Positions 32,876 through 43,738 of a stretch of 64,000 nucleotides of DNA are shown one piece after another. Every line of letters begins with the position of its first letter. Within the stretch, counting starts at the first letter, position 1. The stretch spans positions 384,001 to 448,000 of the forward strand of contig CM000434.1 in assembly GCA_000165345.1 (NCBI GenBank), read 5' to 3'. The notes under the pieces are model-generated. The model was not told the DNA's origin. It worked only from the letters and a program-made list of their open reading frames with translations, and ran no database searches. Position numbers and translations under genes: made by a program.

Positions 32876-35707
32876 TTAGGCCCAGTAGAGAGCCCAATCA
32901 TGAAGAGTATCAACAACTGCGGGAAAAAGTGCATTTGATGACGTCATAATTATTTCTCTTAAATACCTTTCTGCCTCTTTTTCTGATTGATCCAACCTGA
33001 ACTTATCTTTAATTCTTTCCAAAATAGCTGTATAGTTGTTTTCAGGTCTTGAATTGAGATCCTTTATACTACTATCAACCATCAATAACAAAACATTTAA
33101 TATTAGCCATGACTTCCTGCGAATATACCTATAATAATCGCAGCATTTGTCAACAAAAAGCTTGAATCCTAATGAGTTTAATCCGCCCATAGCTTCTATC
33201 ATTTCTGAACAAATTTTCATTGGTGGTGGGAAAGGTTTCGGATCTTCTCCAAATATATATCCAAAATCAACATGTAAAAAGTGGCCGCTTTTCCCGACCA
33301 GTAGATTATCAAGATGCCGATCTCCAACACCAAGTATAAATGTAATAACGCTATATGCTGCGCAACTAGTTATAAAGGTGGTTAGAACATTATGAGGAAT
33401 ATTGTTTATGTTAGTTTTATATGCATTTGCCCAATAATTCAATATGCAATTTTTTCCATATTTTTTTCTGATTGATCCGATTGAAGAAAAATCGTCAAGA
33501 AATTCAATTAATCCATCAAATTGCGAAAACGGCGTAACTTTATATGTGATAATTGAACTGTTCGCATTCCATTCGTTAAGTAGCTTATAAGATATCTCCA
33601 AAAGTTGTACAACTAATCTATCTTGTCTCAAATCATCCCCCACCTTGTACATATATTTTGATTCAACTACAGGATATATTGATTCGGATGTGTAAATATC
33701 CTCTCTCGGAACATTTGCCTGACTATTTTCTTTTTTGCTATTATTGACAATTGCCATTCTACAAGAAAATATAATTGGGCATTGAGAAGACTTGATAATA
33801 AAACTTTCGCTTGGAACAATACCAATTAACGCTCTATTAACATCAATTGGAAGTAGAAGAAGATCACTCAAGTTCGTTATATTTAACAATGGCAGCTCAA
33901 TTCCCTCGATTTTTGAAGGAAGACCCTTTAAACTTTCAATATTGTGACTACTAACAAATTTTAAAGAAAGTAAGTTTCTTTTTTTGCTACAATAATTCGA
34001 AAATTCGCTTTCAACTTTTAACATTAATTTGATCGAGTTGATTAATTTAACAGTTATTTTATCTATACCTGTTGAACGTGAAGAAATCTTTGATTGAGAA
34101 TAAGGCATCTTTCCTAGTTCAAAATCGCTCAATATACTTTGAAATTTTTGTATTTTTTTCTCTGCTCTTTCTCTCTTACAGTCTTCAACTGAAATACGAT
34201 GTATCCATAACAACGTTGCTCTAAATTGTATCTGGCAAAGAATTAGATCAATTATTTCTAAACAGAAATGATATTTACAGCAATGAGATTCCTCCATACT
34301 TTCTTTAATATTATAATTATTATAATCAGCAAGGCCATCAACTATTTCGAATATTGTCTGCTCAAAGACTTTAGGATATTCTTGAATTGAAATTTCCGAA
34401 ATTAACAACCAAAATAATTCAACACAAAATTCTAGATCGCATGTTGCTTTTCTTTTTAGAAACTTCATGAGCTCAGTTCCATTTTCATATCTAAGAGACT
34501 GAACCAGTTGTGGTAGAACAAGAAATAACTCTTCTTTTGTGCAAAATTCCAAGCTTTCTATTGCAAGCTTGCGAATATTCAAGAACTCCTTATATTTTCT
34601 TGAAAGCAAATTTAACGAGTCTTCAATATTCAAAATTCTTTTTTTATGAGTATCAATCGGTTCTTTAATTGTTTGAATGATTGAGCTGATTAAATAATCA
34701 ATTTCAACCATTATTTCTTTATCGCTTAAATTAATAAAATGAAACAACATAGGTATTCCTGCCTTAAATCTGAATAAATAAAACCTGTATTTCCAGATCA
34801 ATCCAACCTCATCCTCATATAAGTCTGTATTATTGAACTTTGTAATATATCCTATATATAATTGATTTATTGCTCTTTCTAACTCCAACCTCTCTTTATT
34901 CATTAAATAATTATTAATTAATGAATTCTCCACAGAAAAACAAGGTAAACGATCTATTGAACATTTGTTATTATTCATTAGAAGACTGAAATCAATTCTT
35001 TTCCCCGAATCTCCAACAGTTGATAGATTTATGTGATCCGAAATAATATTAAAAATGCAACTAGAATTAATTATTTGTTTTGTATTCAAAACGTTTTTAT
35101 TGGCCATTATGTAAGAAACCTTCTTTTCTTTAAAGTTAAATGATAAGCGTAAATAACCAAGTAATTTATCGCTAAATTTGCTCAAATAAATGTCATCTTG
35201 AAATTTATTTTCTTGTGGGAAAAGTATTTCATATATTTGTGCATTCAAATCAAAAATTAATTTTTCCTCGAATACCCCCGAAAAGTTTATTAGAATAGGT
35301 AAGTTAATAGATGAAAGTTTTTCAGTGTAATAAGCCGAAACCAAAGGAAGTATGGAGTACCCGAGTACAAATTCTCCATTACCAAGGTAATTTTCATCTA
35401 ACAGTTTAAAAATATAGACATTAGTATAGTTGCAAAGCGATGAAAAATTAACTGCTCCGCAATTAGGCAAGCCAATCTCACAATTAACACATATCTTCTC
35501 ACTTTTTTTATTTATGTTTTTATCAATTACAATCAGCTGCGATTGAATTGCAGTTTTACTATCTGAAATGATTTTTCCGGATGAATTTATTAAGTATTGC
35601 TCACAATGAACTCTTAGTGCAATTGGAAAGTATTTCATATTCATGAGCGAATATTTACTTTGTATTTTCTCAAATGAGAATGCAATGTAGTCTATGTTAA
35701 CATTCAT
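32876..35707 (-). CDS. PIK3C3: Class III phosphatidylinositol 3-kinase (Vps34)
   Basis: Catalytic region [53 protein letters not shown] is almost identical to Vps34 ([53 protein letters not shown]). 943 aa with N-terminal C2/helical regions. Confidence 0.9.
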   Translation of the reverse strand: [943 protein letters not shown]

Positions 35708-35876
35708 TAGTTATTGAGTTTCTTAAATCTACTTCATTTCATCCTACGAAAAAAATTGTTCACACTAAATAAATATTACCGGTATATGTAACAAAGTCTA
35801 CCGCCTTTATTTCAATTAAAAGCGTCTCTTAAAGTATTCATATTAAATGCGTTAGAGGCAGCTTTTTTTCACTCTC

Positions 35877-37883
35877 ATGATTGATAAATCGAGAAGAGGA
35901 CTTAGTCCGCTGATAAGCTATTCAATTCAAAGCCAAGGATGTCTGACGGCAGATCAACAAACTTATTTGCATCTTTCGAACCAGAATTTCAATGGTTTTA
36001 AAGATTTTTATTCTTCAGGCTTAATGACCTTTAAGCAGTTTACTTTAAGTCAAGACGATAATTTAGCTCCAAATGAACTTATTGAAATGTATGATTCTTA
36101 CAAGACTAAATACGTTCAAAAACATCAATTAGAATTTTTAGAAAATAATAGAAACTCGCCCCTAATTCTCGAAAAATTTCACCCAATTTGGATTAGAAAA
36201 ATTATTGATGAACGGAGAAATTTGGTTTTAAAGCGTATTGAAGTTTTTTCTCTGAAATTAAAAAGAGGAGGATTTAGTACAGTAAATAAAACAAACAATG
36301 ACGTCGAAAAAATAGGCTGTGAAATTACTATTACTGATACTAGTCACACTAATGAGAATGACTCGATTACGGTATTTGGAGATTATCCTAATTTTGAGAC
36401 TGATTTGAAATCTCACATTATGTTGCTTACAGACATTCCTAGTTATATTTCATATTTAGATATAACAAAGTTCTTTAACAGTGATTTTCCATTAACAGAT
36501 GGGGGGCTTGGGAAATGCGAAGGTTTCCTTGATATTCTTCTTTCTCCTCCCAGATTTACACGTGGTATTTTAAACAGACATTGTTATGTTTTATTTGATA
36601 ATATGAAGAATAGAGATTCTGCAATTGAATTAATAAAAGGCAAAACAATAAAGTCTTCAGTTACTACTAATTCAATTATTATGTCCTACTGTGATGCGAA
36701 TAATCAGATGGAAGATACAAATGAACATGAAGATCTAGTTGTACAACAACCTGGCGCAAAGTTTTCAATTTATATTATTCAAGCAAAGACTTACAATGAA
36801 AATTATTCCTTAAAAATTAGGCAAATTTCAAATACTTTCTTAACTCAAGAAAGACTTTCAAAAGACAAGAATAATATGAAAAGGATTATTGAAAAAATTG
36901 AAAATGATCAAAGTATTAACTCTAACATAATTGAAGTGATAGAAAGCGTAGGAGGTAGCGACCCCATGAATATTAAAACTGTTGTCGACTTGATGTCGTT
37001 ATATCTAAAGTTTGCGCATGGATTAGACTATTATTCATTATCTACATCACATCCTGTACAATTCATTTCATTTAGCCCTTCAAATCAACAGATTCTGGAA
37101 TGTTCTTCAGATCTTAATAATACGAAAGACTTGAATTTATCTGACACTTTCAGTCGAGAAAATCACGAAAATTCAACCAAAAATAACGAAAAGTCATTCA
37201 TTATATATAGCAATCTCACATTTTTATCTAAGGGATATATCGATACTTTATTTACGAATAAATTTAAAATTTGGTATCAAAGAGACGAAGGTAGTATTTC
37301 CGAATCGCAAATATGCAAGGAGAAAATGGATGAATTTCAAAATCAAGCTCTAGCTAATCAGCTTGAAGAAAATGTTAATATTTTGTTAAAGCTACCATCT
37401 ATTTTTGACCTATTACCCCAACCAATCGAAGATAATGATGAGTCACTCTCTTGTTCATGGAAGAGATATTGTGAACAGCATACATTAAGGAAAAAAGCTG
37501 ATAGATGGCAGTGTGGTAAATGTTTGAAGCAATTTAAAGGTGAAGAATATGTTCATAAACATCTTGCTAAAAAACATAAAGATTTTCTGGAAACAATTAG
37601 AGAAGAAATTACATTTGAAAGAATTATCAAGCCAATAGCAGAAAAATTTCCATATTTAATATACCCAATGAATGCTGACGAGCTTAATATAAGCTCAATA
37701 AATAGGAGAGTAAATGGCAATGGAAATTCTCAAGGTGTATATAGATCAAGAAACAACAAGCACTTACGTTCCAACCCATTCGAAAAAAGAAAGCATTTTA
37801 GAGACTGGGATACGCCAAAACAACAAACAACTATTAACTCATCAAATGATATGAGAACTTCGATAAAATATGATGACTTATAG
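35877..37883 (+). CDS. SRRT: ARS2/SERRATE (SRRT)-like protein, partner of the nuclear cap-binding complex
   Basis: C-terminal C2H2-like finger DRWQCGKCLKQFKGEEYVHKHLAKKHKDFLETIREEITF resembles the ARS2 C-terminal zinc finger ([36 protein letters not shown]). N-terminal YKTKYVQKHQLEF...FHPIWIRK region is ARS2 N-domain-like. Confidence 0.65.
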   Translation: MIDKSRRGLSPLISYSIQSQGCLTADQQTYLHLSNQNFNGFKDFYSSGLMTFKQFTLSQDDNLAPNELIEMYDSYKTKYVQKHQLEFLENNRNSPLILEKFHPIWIRKIIDERRNLVLKRIEVFSLKLKRGGFSTVNKTNNDVEKIGCEITITDTSHTNENDSITVFGDYPNFETDLKSHIMLLTDIPSYISYLDITKFFNSDFPLTDGGLGKCEGFLDILLSPPRFTRGILNRHCYVLFDNMKNRDSAIELIKGKTIKSSVTTNSIIMSYCDANNQMEDTNEHEDLVVQQPGAKFSIYIIQAKTYNENYSLKIRQISNTFLTQERLSKDKNNMKRIIEKIENDQSINSNIIEVIESVGGSDPMNIKTVVDLMSLYLKFAHGLDYYSLSTSHPVQFISFSPSNQQILECSSDLNNTKDLNLSDTFSRENHENSTKNNEKSFIIYSNLTFLSKGYIDTLFTNKFKIWYQRDEGSISESQICKEKMDEFQNQALANQLEENVNILLKLPSIFDLLPQPIEDNDESLSCSWKRYCEQHTLRKKADRWQCGKCLKQFKGEEYVHKHLAKKHKDFLETIREEITFERIIKPIAEKFPYLIYPMNADELNISSINRRVNGNGNSQGVYRSRNNKHLRSNPFEKRKHFRDWDTPKQQTTINSSNDMRTSIKYDDL

Positions 37884-38088
37884 GCATTTGTTTTTTGTGA
37901 TACTGACTAACTTTGTTTATTCACTAGAAAAAAAATAAATTGTGGATAATCAACAAATTTTGTGCATTATATAAAGCACACTTTTCCATTTCAACATGCC
38001 AATTTTTAATTTCCTTTAAGACGCATGTTCTGAAGCTAACCAAACAATTTTATTATTCTATTTCATTATTTTTTTAGAATATAAAATT

Positions 38089-39834
38089 TTAAGTTGTAAT
38101 TTCTATATGCCTCCAAGAGTTCAAAACAGTTCTATCTACATTAGTTATTTTTAAGTTGTTGATTGTCTCTTGATAATTTTGATAAATCTGATCAATATTT
38201 GAACATGAAGAATTTGTATTATCGCTTTTTTTATTTGGAAATTTACATCCTGGAACTTTAGGGCTGAACAAGACGCTTTCGCATGAGTTTAACTTTGATT
38301 GAGTGGGAACGGAGTCGTATAAATTCAAGTATAAATTATCGCATGTAAAAGGGTATGAACCACACTTTTTTTCTGGTTGCATGAAGCAATCTGAAAATCT
38401 TAAGGAATTTATTCCTAATTGATTAAAAAAATACAAAAATGAATCGTAGTCTTGCTTATTTGAAGGTATACAAATTACAATGCCCTTCTGCCCAAATCTA
38501 CCAGATCTACCTGCACGATGCAAAAAAGTCTCTCTATCAATAGGTACATCGATATTAATTATAAGATCAATCATTCTTATGTCAATTCCACGTGCAAGTA
38601 AGTCAGAACAGACTACAACCCTACACTTATTTTCAATTAATGAAGTAATTATTTCCTCTCTTTCAATTTGCGATCTTTTTCCATTTGTATATAAAGTTGG
38701 GATATTTAATGAATTTAAAGCAGACATAACTTTATATCCAACAGAACCATTATTAGTAAAAATAAGTGACTGCCTAAATGGAACTTTGATCAAAATATCG
38801 ACAATTGAATTCACTATATATGCCCACTGATGGTAATTGTTTTCAGTTAATCCATCTAGCTGAAATATTTCACTTAAAAAAGAATCGTATAGAAAAAATA
38901 TCATATTTTTTAGTACGGGGTTTTCAAGAGTGTTCGAAACCGATAATCTTGAATTTGGATACATGGCATCTGCATTTCTAATGTCTTGAACATGATTCAA
39001 TACTTCAAGATAGCCAACGTTTACATTTTTTGTTGTGAAGGATGAACATAATTGAATTTGCCTCAACTTAAATAGTTTCTCGTCCCTCGAATTTATGTTG
39101 ATTTTATACAATGTTCTTTTAAGTAGCTGTAATTTATCAATAGGGAAGGTAGCTGAACATGCTATAAATTGAGCAGCTGTAGAACCTAAACATAGTTCTA
39201 ATATATACTTTGATTGCTCAATAAAACAATCTTCAAGAAGACGATCAGCTTCATCAAAAATTATAAAAAAAAGTGAATCCTTCAAAATTTCTACAGAAAA
39301 AAAGTTGTTTGATTCACAATTTATTAATTGAATAAATCTCCCTGGTGTAGATACTAATAAAGTAGGAATGTTGAAATGAAACTTTCCAAAATCTTCGAAA
39401 ATAGGGCTTCCTCCTATACAGCAAACACTGTCTATAGAGTAAATATCTTTAATTGAATTCAAAAACATTGAGATCGTCTTGTTTATTTGAATGCAAATCT
39501 CTCTTGTTGGAGCGATAAAAAGAGATTTTAGTTCGAAACAAAGGCTTGATCGCTCCAAACAGTTATCTAAACTATCCAATAGTTTATTGAGAATAAATAA
39601 AACAAATGCAATAGTTTTTCCGGTTCCGGACTTTGCTTGGACTAATAAGTTTTCCTCTATAGCTCCTTGACTCAAAATATGATATTGCACAGGCGAAGGA
39701 AAAATAAAACCATTAGAGAAAAGTGCATCAATTAAGCACCTGTGAAGAGGAAAATCTGAAAACCTTATATTATGACTTACTTTAAGCCTGATATCATCAG
39801 GAAGTTCATTTTTTTTTAAGTCTTGTGAAAACAT
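38089..39834 (-). CDS. DEAD-box ATP-dependent RNA helicase with Cys-containing ~110 aa C-terminal extension
   Basis: Motifs present: Q (FPSPVQ), I (AKSGTGKT), II (IFDEADRLL), III (SAT), ARGIDI, VI (HRAGRSGRFGQKG). Confidence 0.85.
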   Translation of the reverse strand: MFSQDLKKNELPDDIRLKVSHNIRFSDFPLHRCLIDALFSNGFIFPSPVQYHILSQGAIEENLLVQAKSGTGKTIAFVLFILNKLLDSLDNCLERSSLCFELKSLFIAPTREICIQINKTISMFLNSIKDIYSIDSVCCIGGSPIFEDFGKFHFNIPTLLVSTPGRFIQLINCESNNFFSVEILKDSLFFIIFDEADRLLEDCFIEQSKYILELCLGSTAAQFIACSATFPIDKLQLLKRTLYKININSRDEKLFKLRQIQLCSSFTTKNVNVGYLEVLNHVQDIRNADAMYPNSRLSVSNTLENPVLKNMIFFLYDSFLSEIFQLDGLTENNYHQWAYIVNSIVDILIKVPFRQSLIFTNNGSVGYKVMSALNSLNIPTLYTNGKRSQIEREEIITSLIENKCRVVVCSDLLARGIDIRMIDLIINIDVPIDRETFLHRAGRSGRFGQKGIVICIPSNKQDYDSFLYFFNQLGINSLRFSDCFMQPEKKCGSYPFTCDNLYLNLYDSVPTQSKLNSCESVLFSPKVPGCKFPNKKSDNTNSSCSNIDQIYQNYQETINNLKITNVDRTVLNSWRHIEITT

Positions 39835-39886
39835 CTAAGTAATTCATGAATTTATTTATTGCGCCAAAAGCAAACAAATATTGAAA

Positions 39887-42766
39887 CTATGCCATAATAT
39901 TGGGATGAATATTCATTGGAAATAAATTTGAAATAGTTGAAACTAAACAACTTTTCTTATTAACCACAGCAGCATTCATAGTTACAGGGGAAGCAATAGG
40001 ATAATCAAATTTAATTTGTATTAAATCAGTCATTGAGATCCTTAATGTATCTTTAGCTATTGGAAAAACGTAAGCCTGTCTACTGTCAACCATCAATGGA
40101 ATTGTGTCATTTTTAATTGGGTCATCTTTTTTAGAATGAGTTGCAATAAACGATGTTGATTTGTTTATTTGGCAATATACATTGGCTGTATTATAGCTTT
40201 CAAAATTAATAGAGTTTACTTCATTCAAAATGGTATGTGGCCCACAAATTAAAGATTTTCTGTTATCATTGTCACCAAGCTGATTTAAATCTGAATTTTT
40301 AAATCCAAGGGCTTGAGGTGTTTGAATAAATAAGTGTACACTTTGATCAATTGACGTTTTTTCTTTATTTATCGATGAATGAACATCAAAACTAATACAT
40401 ACTGGAATTTTTTGTAAAACTTTGAATGGAAATGTATAAAACTTGGTCTTAGTTCTTTTGAGAATAATATCTTTTATTTTTGAAAAAACAACTTTTGAAG
40501 AACCATCTAAGTATTCAGGATGGCTTTCTTGATAATATGTGTTAAATTTACATATGATACATTGGCAAAATAAGCTCCTGAATTCAATCAACTTGTCAGT
40601 TAAATTCCCTAATAATAAGCAAAGCTTTTCATATTTGTTTTTTTTTGGCATATAATTTTCAAAAAAGTACGAAGATGATATTGATCCGCAAATATCAGGC
40701 GAAGAAATAATGAAGGATGAACAAATTAGCACATTATTATCAAATATTTTGCATAATTCACTGCTAAATTTACTGTTAACTGGCCATATAGAGTATGAAA
40801 TCGGTAAATTTACAGTTCTGAATTCTTTTGGACTAGCACCGAAATTAATGTGGCATTTGATCAAATTTGACTGAGTGAAAAATTTACTTCCCATTAGAAA
40901 CTGGACACTTGAGATGTTGAACATAACGTTAGTACGTGGGTTAATTTTTTTGATTTTCAAGTATGAAGTTAGTACTTCTAATAGATTAAAAAAGCTTTTC
41001 CTGTTCATGGTAATATATGTAATAGAAGTAAATTTACTTATTGAAAATTTAAATATACTTTCTATTGGAGAGTGTTCGCTAAGGCACATCTCCATGGTTG
41101 TGCTTTTCAAAAATTCATTTATTTGAATGTTCCCAATTGACACGAATAATCCCTTTTTGAATAAATTCGTATTTATAAATTTATTTTTTAATTTCATAGG
41201 ATAAAGTCCTAATGAATAATTCAAAATATTCGAATTATAGAGTTGTGGTTTAACTTCAAAATTATATGAACCTGCGTTCTCATTGGAAACCCTAATTCTG
41301 AGATCTGGGATATTTGATGAAAAATTAAATTTTGCAGCTGGATAAAGTAGCAGTAAATCAAAATTAATATTTTTTACAATGGAAGGAGTTTTCCAAATTG
41401 CCCAAAATAAAAAAATCGATATCGATGCATGATAAATCTCTTCTTCTTTGATATAATACTGTTCAAATAAAATGGGTATAATTTCGTGAGCAAAAGTCGA
41501 GTTCTTTATTGCTGCAGACGAAAAAACATTAAATACAAGTTTTTCGTCAAAATGTAGTAGCGGTGATTCAAGTACAGCAGTTAATGCTTTGTGAAGAGCT
41601 TCTACATCTTCAAAATATGAATTAGAGATTACTTTTAATATATTATACCTTGTATATATATTGCTGTCATTAATTATAGGCAATATTTTATTGATATTAT
41701 TTATTGAAATTGGAGAGGTTTCAGATAGATTAGTAATAATTTCTGAGACCAGTGATTGAATTGCGATATTTTCGTCTAAGAAACAGTCGTATACTATTTC
41801 ATTTATTGAATTTAATAGCGCTTTAGAATTTTTTATTTTAATATTTTCTATCAACTCATAAATCAAAATAAAAATCTCGAACCTTACTGCAGGGGATTCA
41901 TCGTCTAACCGTCTGGACAGCCAACCTTTGTCAAATAAATCGTTATTTGAACCACAGTTATTAATTATTCTCTCATAATTTATGATAGAAAATAAATGTG
42001 TAAAAGATTGTCTTGAATTTGCTTCGTGGAATTTGGGTATAGATGCAACAAATAATTCTGGATTAGTGGTATCGCCTTGAATCAAAAGACAATTATTTGT
42101 CTTAGAATCAAGGTAGTTTATGGGAGAAATTGGCGTTGAAAGTGCATCCTCAATAATTGACATATCGAACTCTTCTAATTTAGCAATTAGTGTCGTACAA
42201 TAAACGCAAGCAACCCGAACTCTAGTTTCTGTTGATACACTCAAACAACTGAATATCTGAATAGCTTTTTTCATAGATTTTTGAATAATTGTATTCAATT
42301 CTGAATGTTCTACATACTGTCTCTTTTTCACCCTAATATTAATACATTGACGTTTTAGATTAACTAAAATATCAATCAATAATGGAATTGAGTAAATAAT
42401 TGTAGTTAAAATTTTTGAATCGTTTACAGAGAGCCAAATAACTATTCCTTCAAATAGCTTCGCCATTTTATTAAATGTTTCAAAATAATTGGATTCATTA
42501 GTGAATATTATTGTCGAATTAAATATTCTCAATAGATCACCCAAGAGTACTAGAATGTGATTAAATAACTCATAATCTGCGCTATTTGTTCCATTGTTAT
42601 TTTTTGTCAAATCAAAGGTTATTTCAGGAATTTTTCTTGTAAGTTCATCTAGAGTCACATGAATATTTTCGTCAGATATAACTCCGCCAGAATTAGGTTC
42701 ATACCCAAATAAAATTCCTCTATGTTTTCTCTTTTTTTTTGATTCAATCTTCTTATTTAAAATCAT
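39887..42766 (-). CDS. Hypothetical large helical (HEAT/ARM-like?) protein, ~960 aa
   Basis: Long ORF with coding-like composition. ORF-track start 42775 is TTG; the first ATG is at 42766. No family recognised. Confidence 0.5.
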   Translation of the reverse strand: MILNKKIESKKKRKHRGILFGYEPNSGGVISDENIHVTLDELTRKIPEITFDLTKNNNGTNSADYELFNHILVLLGDLLRIFNSTIIFTNESNYFETFNKMAKLFEGIVIWLSVNDSKILTTIIYSIPLLIDILVNLKRQCINIRVKKRQYVEHSELNTIIQKSMKKAIQIFSCLSVSTETRVRVACVYCTTLIAKLEEFDMSIIEDALSTPISPINYLDSKTNNCLLIQGDTTNPELFVASIPKFHEANSRQSFTHLFSIINYERIINNCGSNNDLFDKGWLSRRLDDESPAVRFEIFILIYELIENIKIKNSKALLNSINEIVYDCFLDENIAIQSLVSEIITNLSETSPISINNINKILPIINDSNIYTRYNILKVISNSYFEDVEALHKALTAVLESPLLHFDEKLVFNVFSSAAIKNSTFAHEIIPILFEQYYIKEEEIYHASISIFLFWAIWKTPSIVKNINFDLLLLYPAAKFNFSSNIPDLRIRVSNENAGSYNFEVKPQLYNSNILNYSLGLYPMKLKNKFINTNLFKKGLFVSIGNIQINEFLKSTTMEMCLSEHSPIESIFKFSISKFTSITYITMNRKSFFNLLEVLTSYLKIKKINPRTNVMFNISSVQFLMGSKFFTQSNLIKCHINFGASPKEFRTVNLPISYSIWPVNSKFSSELCKIFDNNVLICSSFIISSPDICGSISSSYFFENYMPKKNKYEKLCLLLGNLTDKLIEFRSLFCQCIICKFNTYYQESHPEYLDGSSKVVFSKIKDIILKRTKTKFYTFPFKVLQKIPVCISFDVHSSINKEKTSIDQSVHLFIQTPQALGFKNSDLNQLGDNDNRKSLICGPHTILNEVNSINFESYNTANVYCQINKSTSFIATHSKKDDPIKNDTIPLMVDSRQAYVFPIAKDTLRISMTDLIQIKFDYPIASPVTMNAAVVNKKSCLVSTISNLFPMNIHPNIMA

Positions 42767-42862
42767 ATATTTCAAATTTTCAGCGATAAAGGTTAATTAT
42801 TTTATATTTTTTTCTTTCATGTGTAAAAAGAAATTAACTTGTACTGCCGCATAGAATTAATT

Positions 42863-43630
42863 ATGACTCAAATAATTAAGAATCAGAAAATTTCAAGGAA
42901 AAAATCAATAGCTATAAGTAGAAAGAATAAATATAAATGTTTAATTAAAGAAATTAGAAAGTCTAAAGACTTCTTTTTAAATCTGCTCCAAGACAAAAAT
43001 TTGATATACTTTAAGACAGAATTAACAAAAATATCAAATAGATCAAATCTTCACATTGCAAGAAGAAGTGATTTGTCCAGCACTCATATGGAAAATATAT
43101 TAAAAATTACGAGGGATAACATGAAAATTCTTTATGACGAAAATCCATGGGGCGATATTTGGAGTCAAGGTTGGGATGATCATTTGAAAATGAATGAATT
43201 ATGCCATAATTTGTCTAATTATATAATTATTTATGAAAGAAATACAGATAATGCTACTAATACTATAATGAGCACTGACTGCTCTTCAGATATAAGCTTC
43301 CACAATGACTTACGTACGGATATAAATATCTTGTCGTTTTTGAGCTTCCGCTTCGAGTTAGAGGATGAATTTGACTCATGTAATAAGCATATAATAGGAT
43401 ATATGTATGAATTGCAATCATTGGTTAAAGGGAAAGGTTATGGAAGACTTCTTATTGATTTGCTCCGTTTCATTTGTAATGAACTTCAGATATACAAAAT
43501 AATATGTACAGTATTAAGAAAGAATGTTGACGCAGTGAGATTTTATACTAAAAAGTGTGGCTTCGCTATTGACGAAACATCTCCAGAAAATGAGCCATAC
43601 ATCATTTTATCTACTAATACTTCAAAATAA
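42863..43630 (+). CDS. NAA40: GNAT N-acetyltransferase, NAA40 (NatD/Nat4)-like
   Basis: GYMYELQSLVKGKGYGRLLIDLLRFICNELQIYKIICTVLRKNVDAVRFYTKKCGFAIDETSPENE parallels NAA40 ([30 protein letters not shown]...KVMLTVFKHNHGAYQFF...FEIDDSSP). ORF-track start 42839 is TTG; the first ATG is at 42863. Confidence 0.65.
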   Translation: MTQIIKNQKISRKKSIAISRKNKYKCLIKEIRKSKDFFLNLLQDKNLIYFKTELTKISNRSNLHIARRSDLSSTHMENILKITRDNMKILYDENPWGDIWSQGWDDHLKMNELCHNLSNYIIIYERNTDNATNTIMSTDCSSDISFHNDLRTDINILSFLSFRFELEDEFDSCNKHIIGYMYELQSLVKGKGYGRLLIDLLRFICNELQIYKIICTVLRKNVDAVRFYTKKCGFAIDETSPENEPYIILSTNTSK

Positions 43631-43738
43631 TCTTATGCATGTAAAAAGACAATTAGGGCGCTTTCCCCCCTTCTTTTTGCAAGTTTAAATTAGTTCTCGT
43701 TCATATTTTGATTTTCGGAAATTATAAGACTTTGCTTA

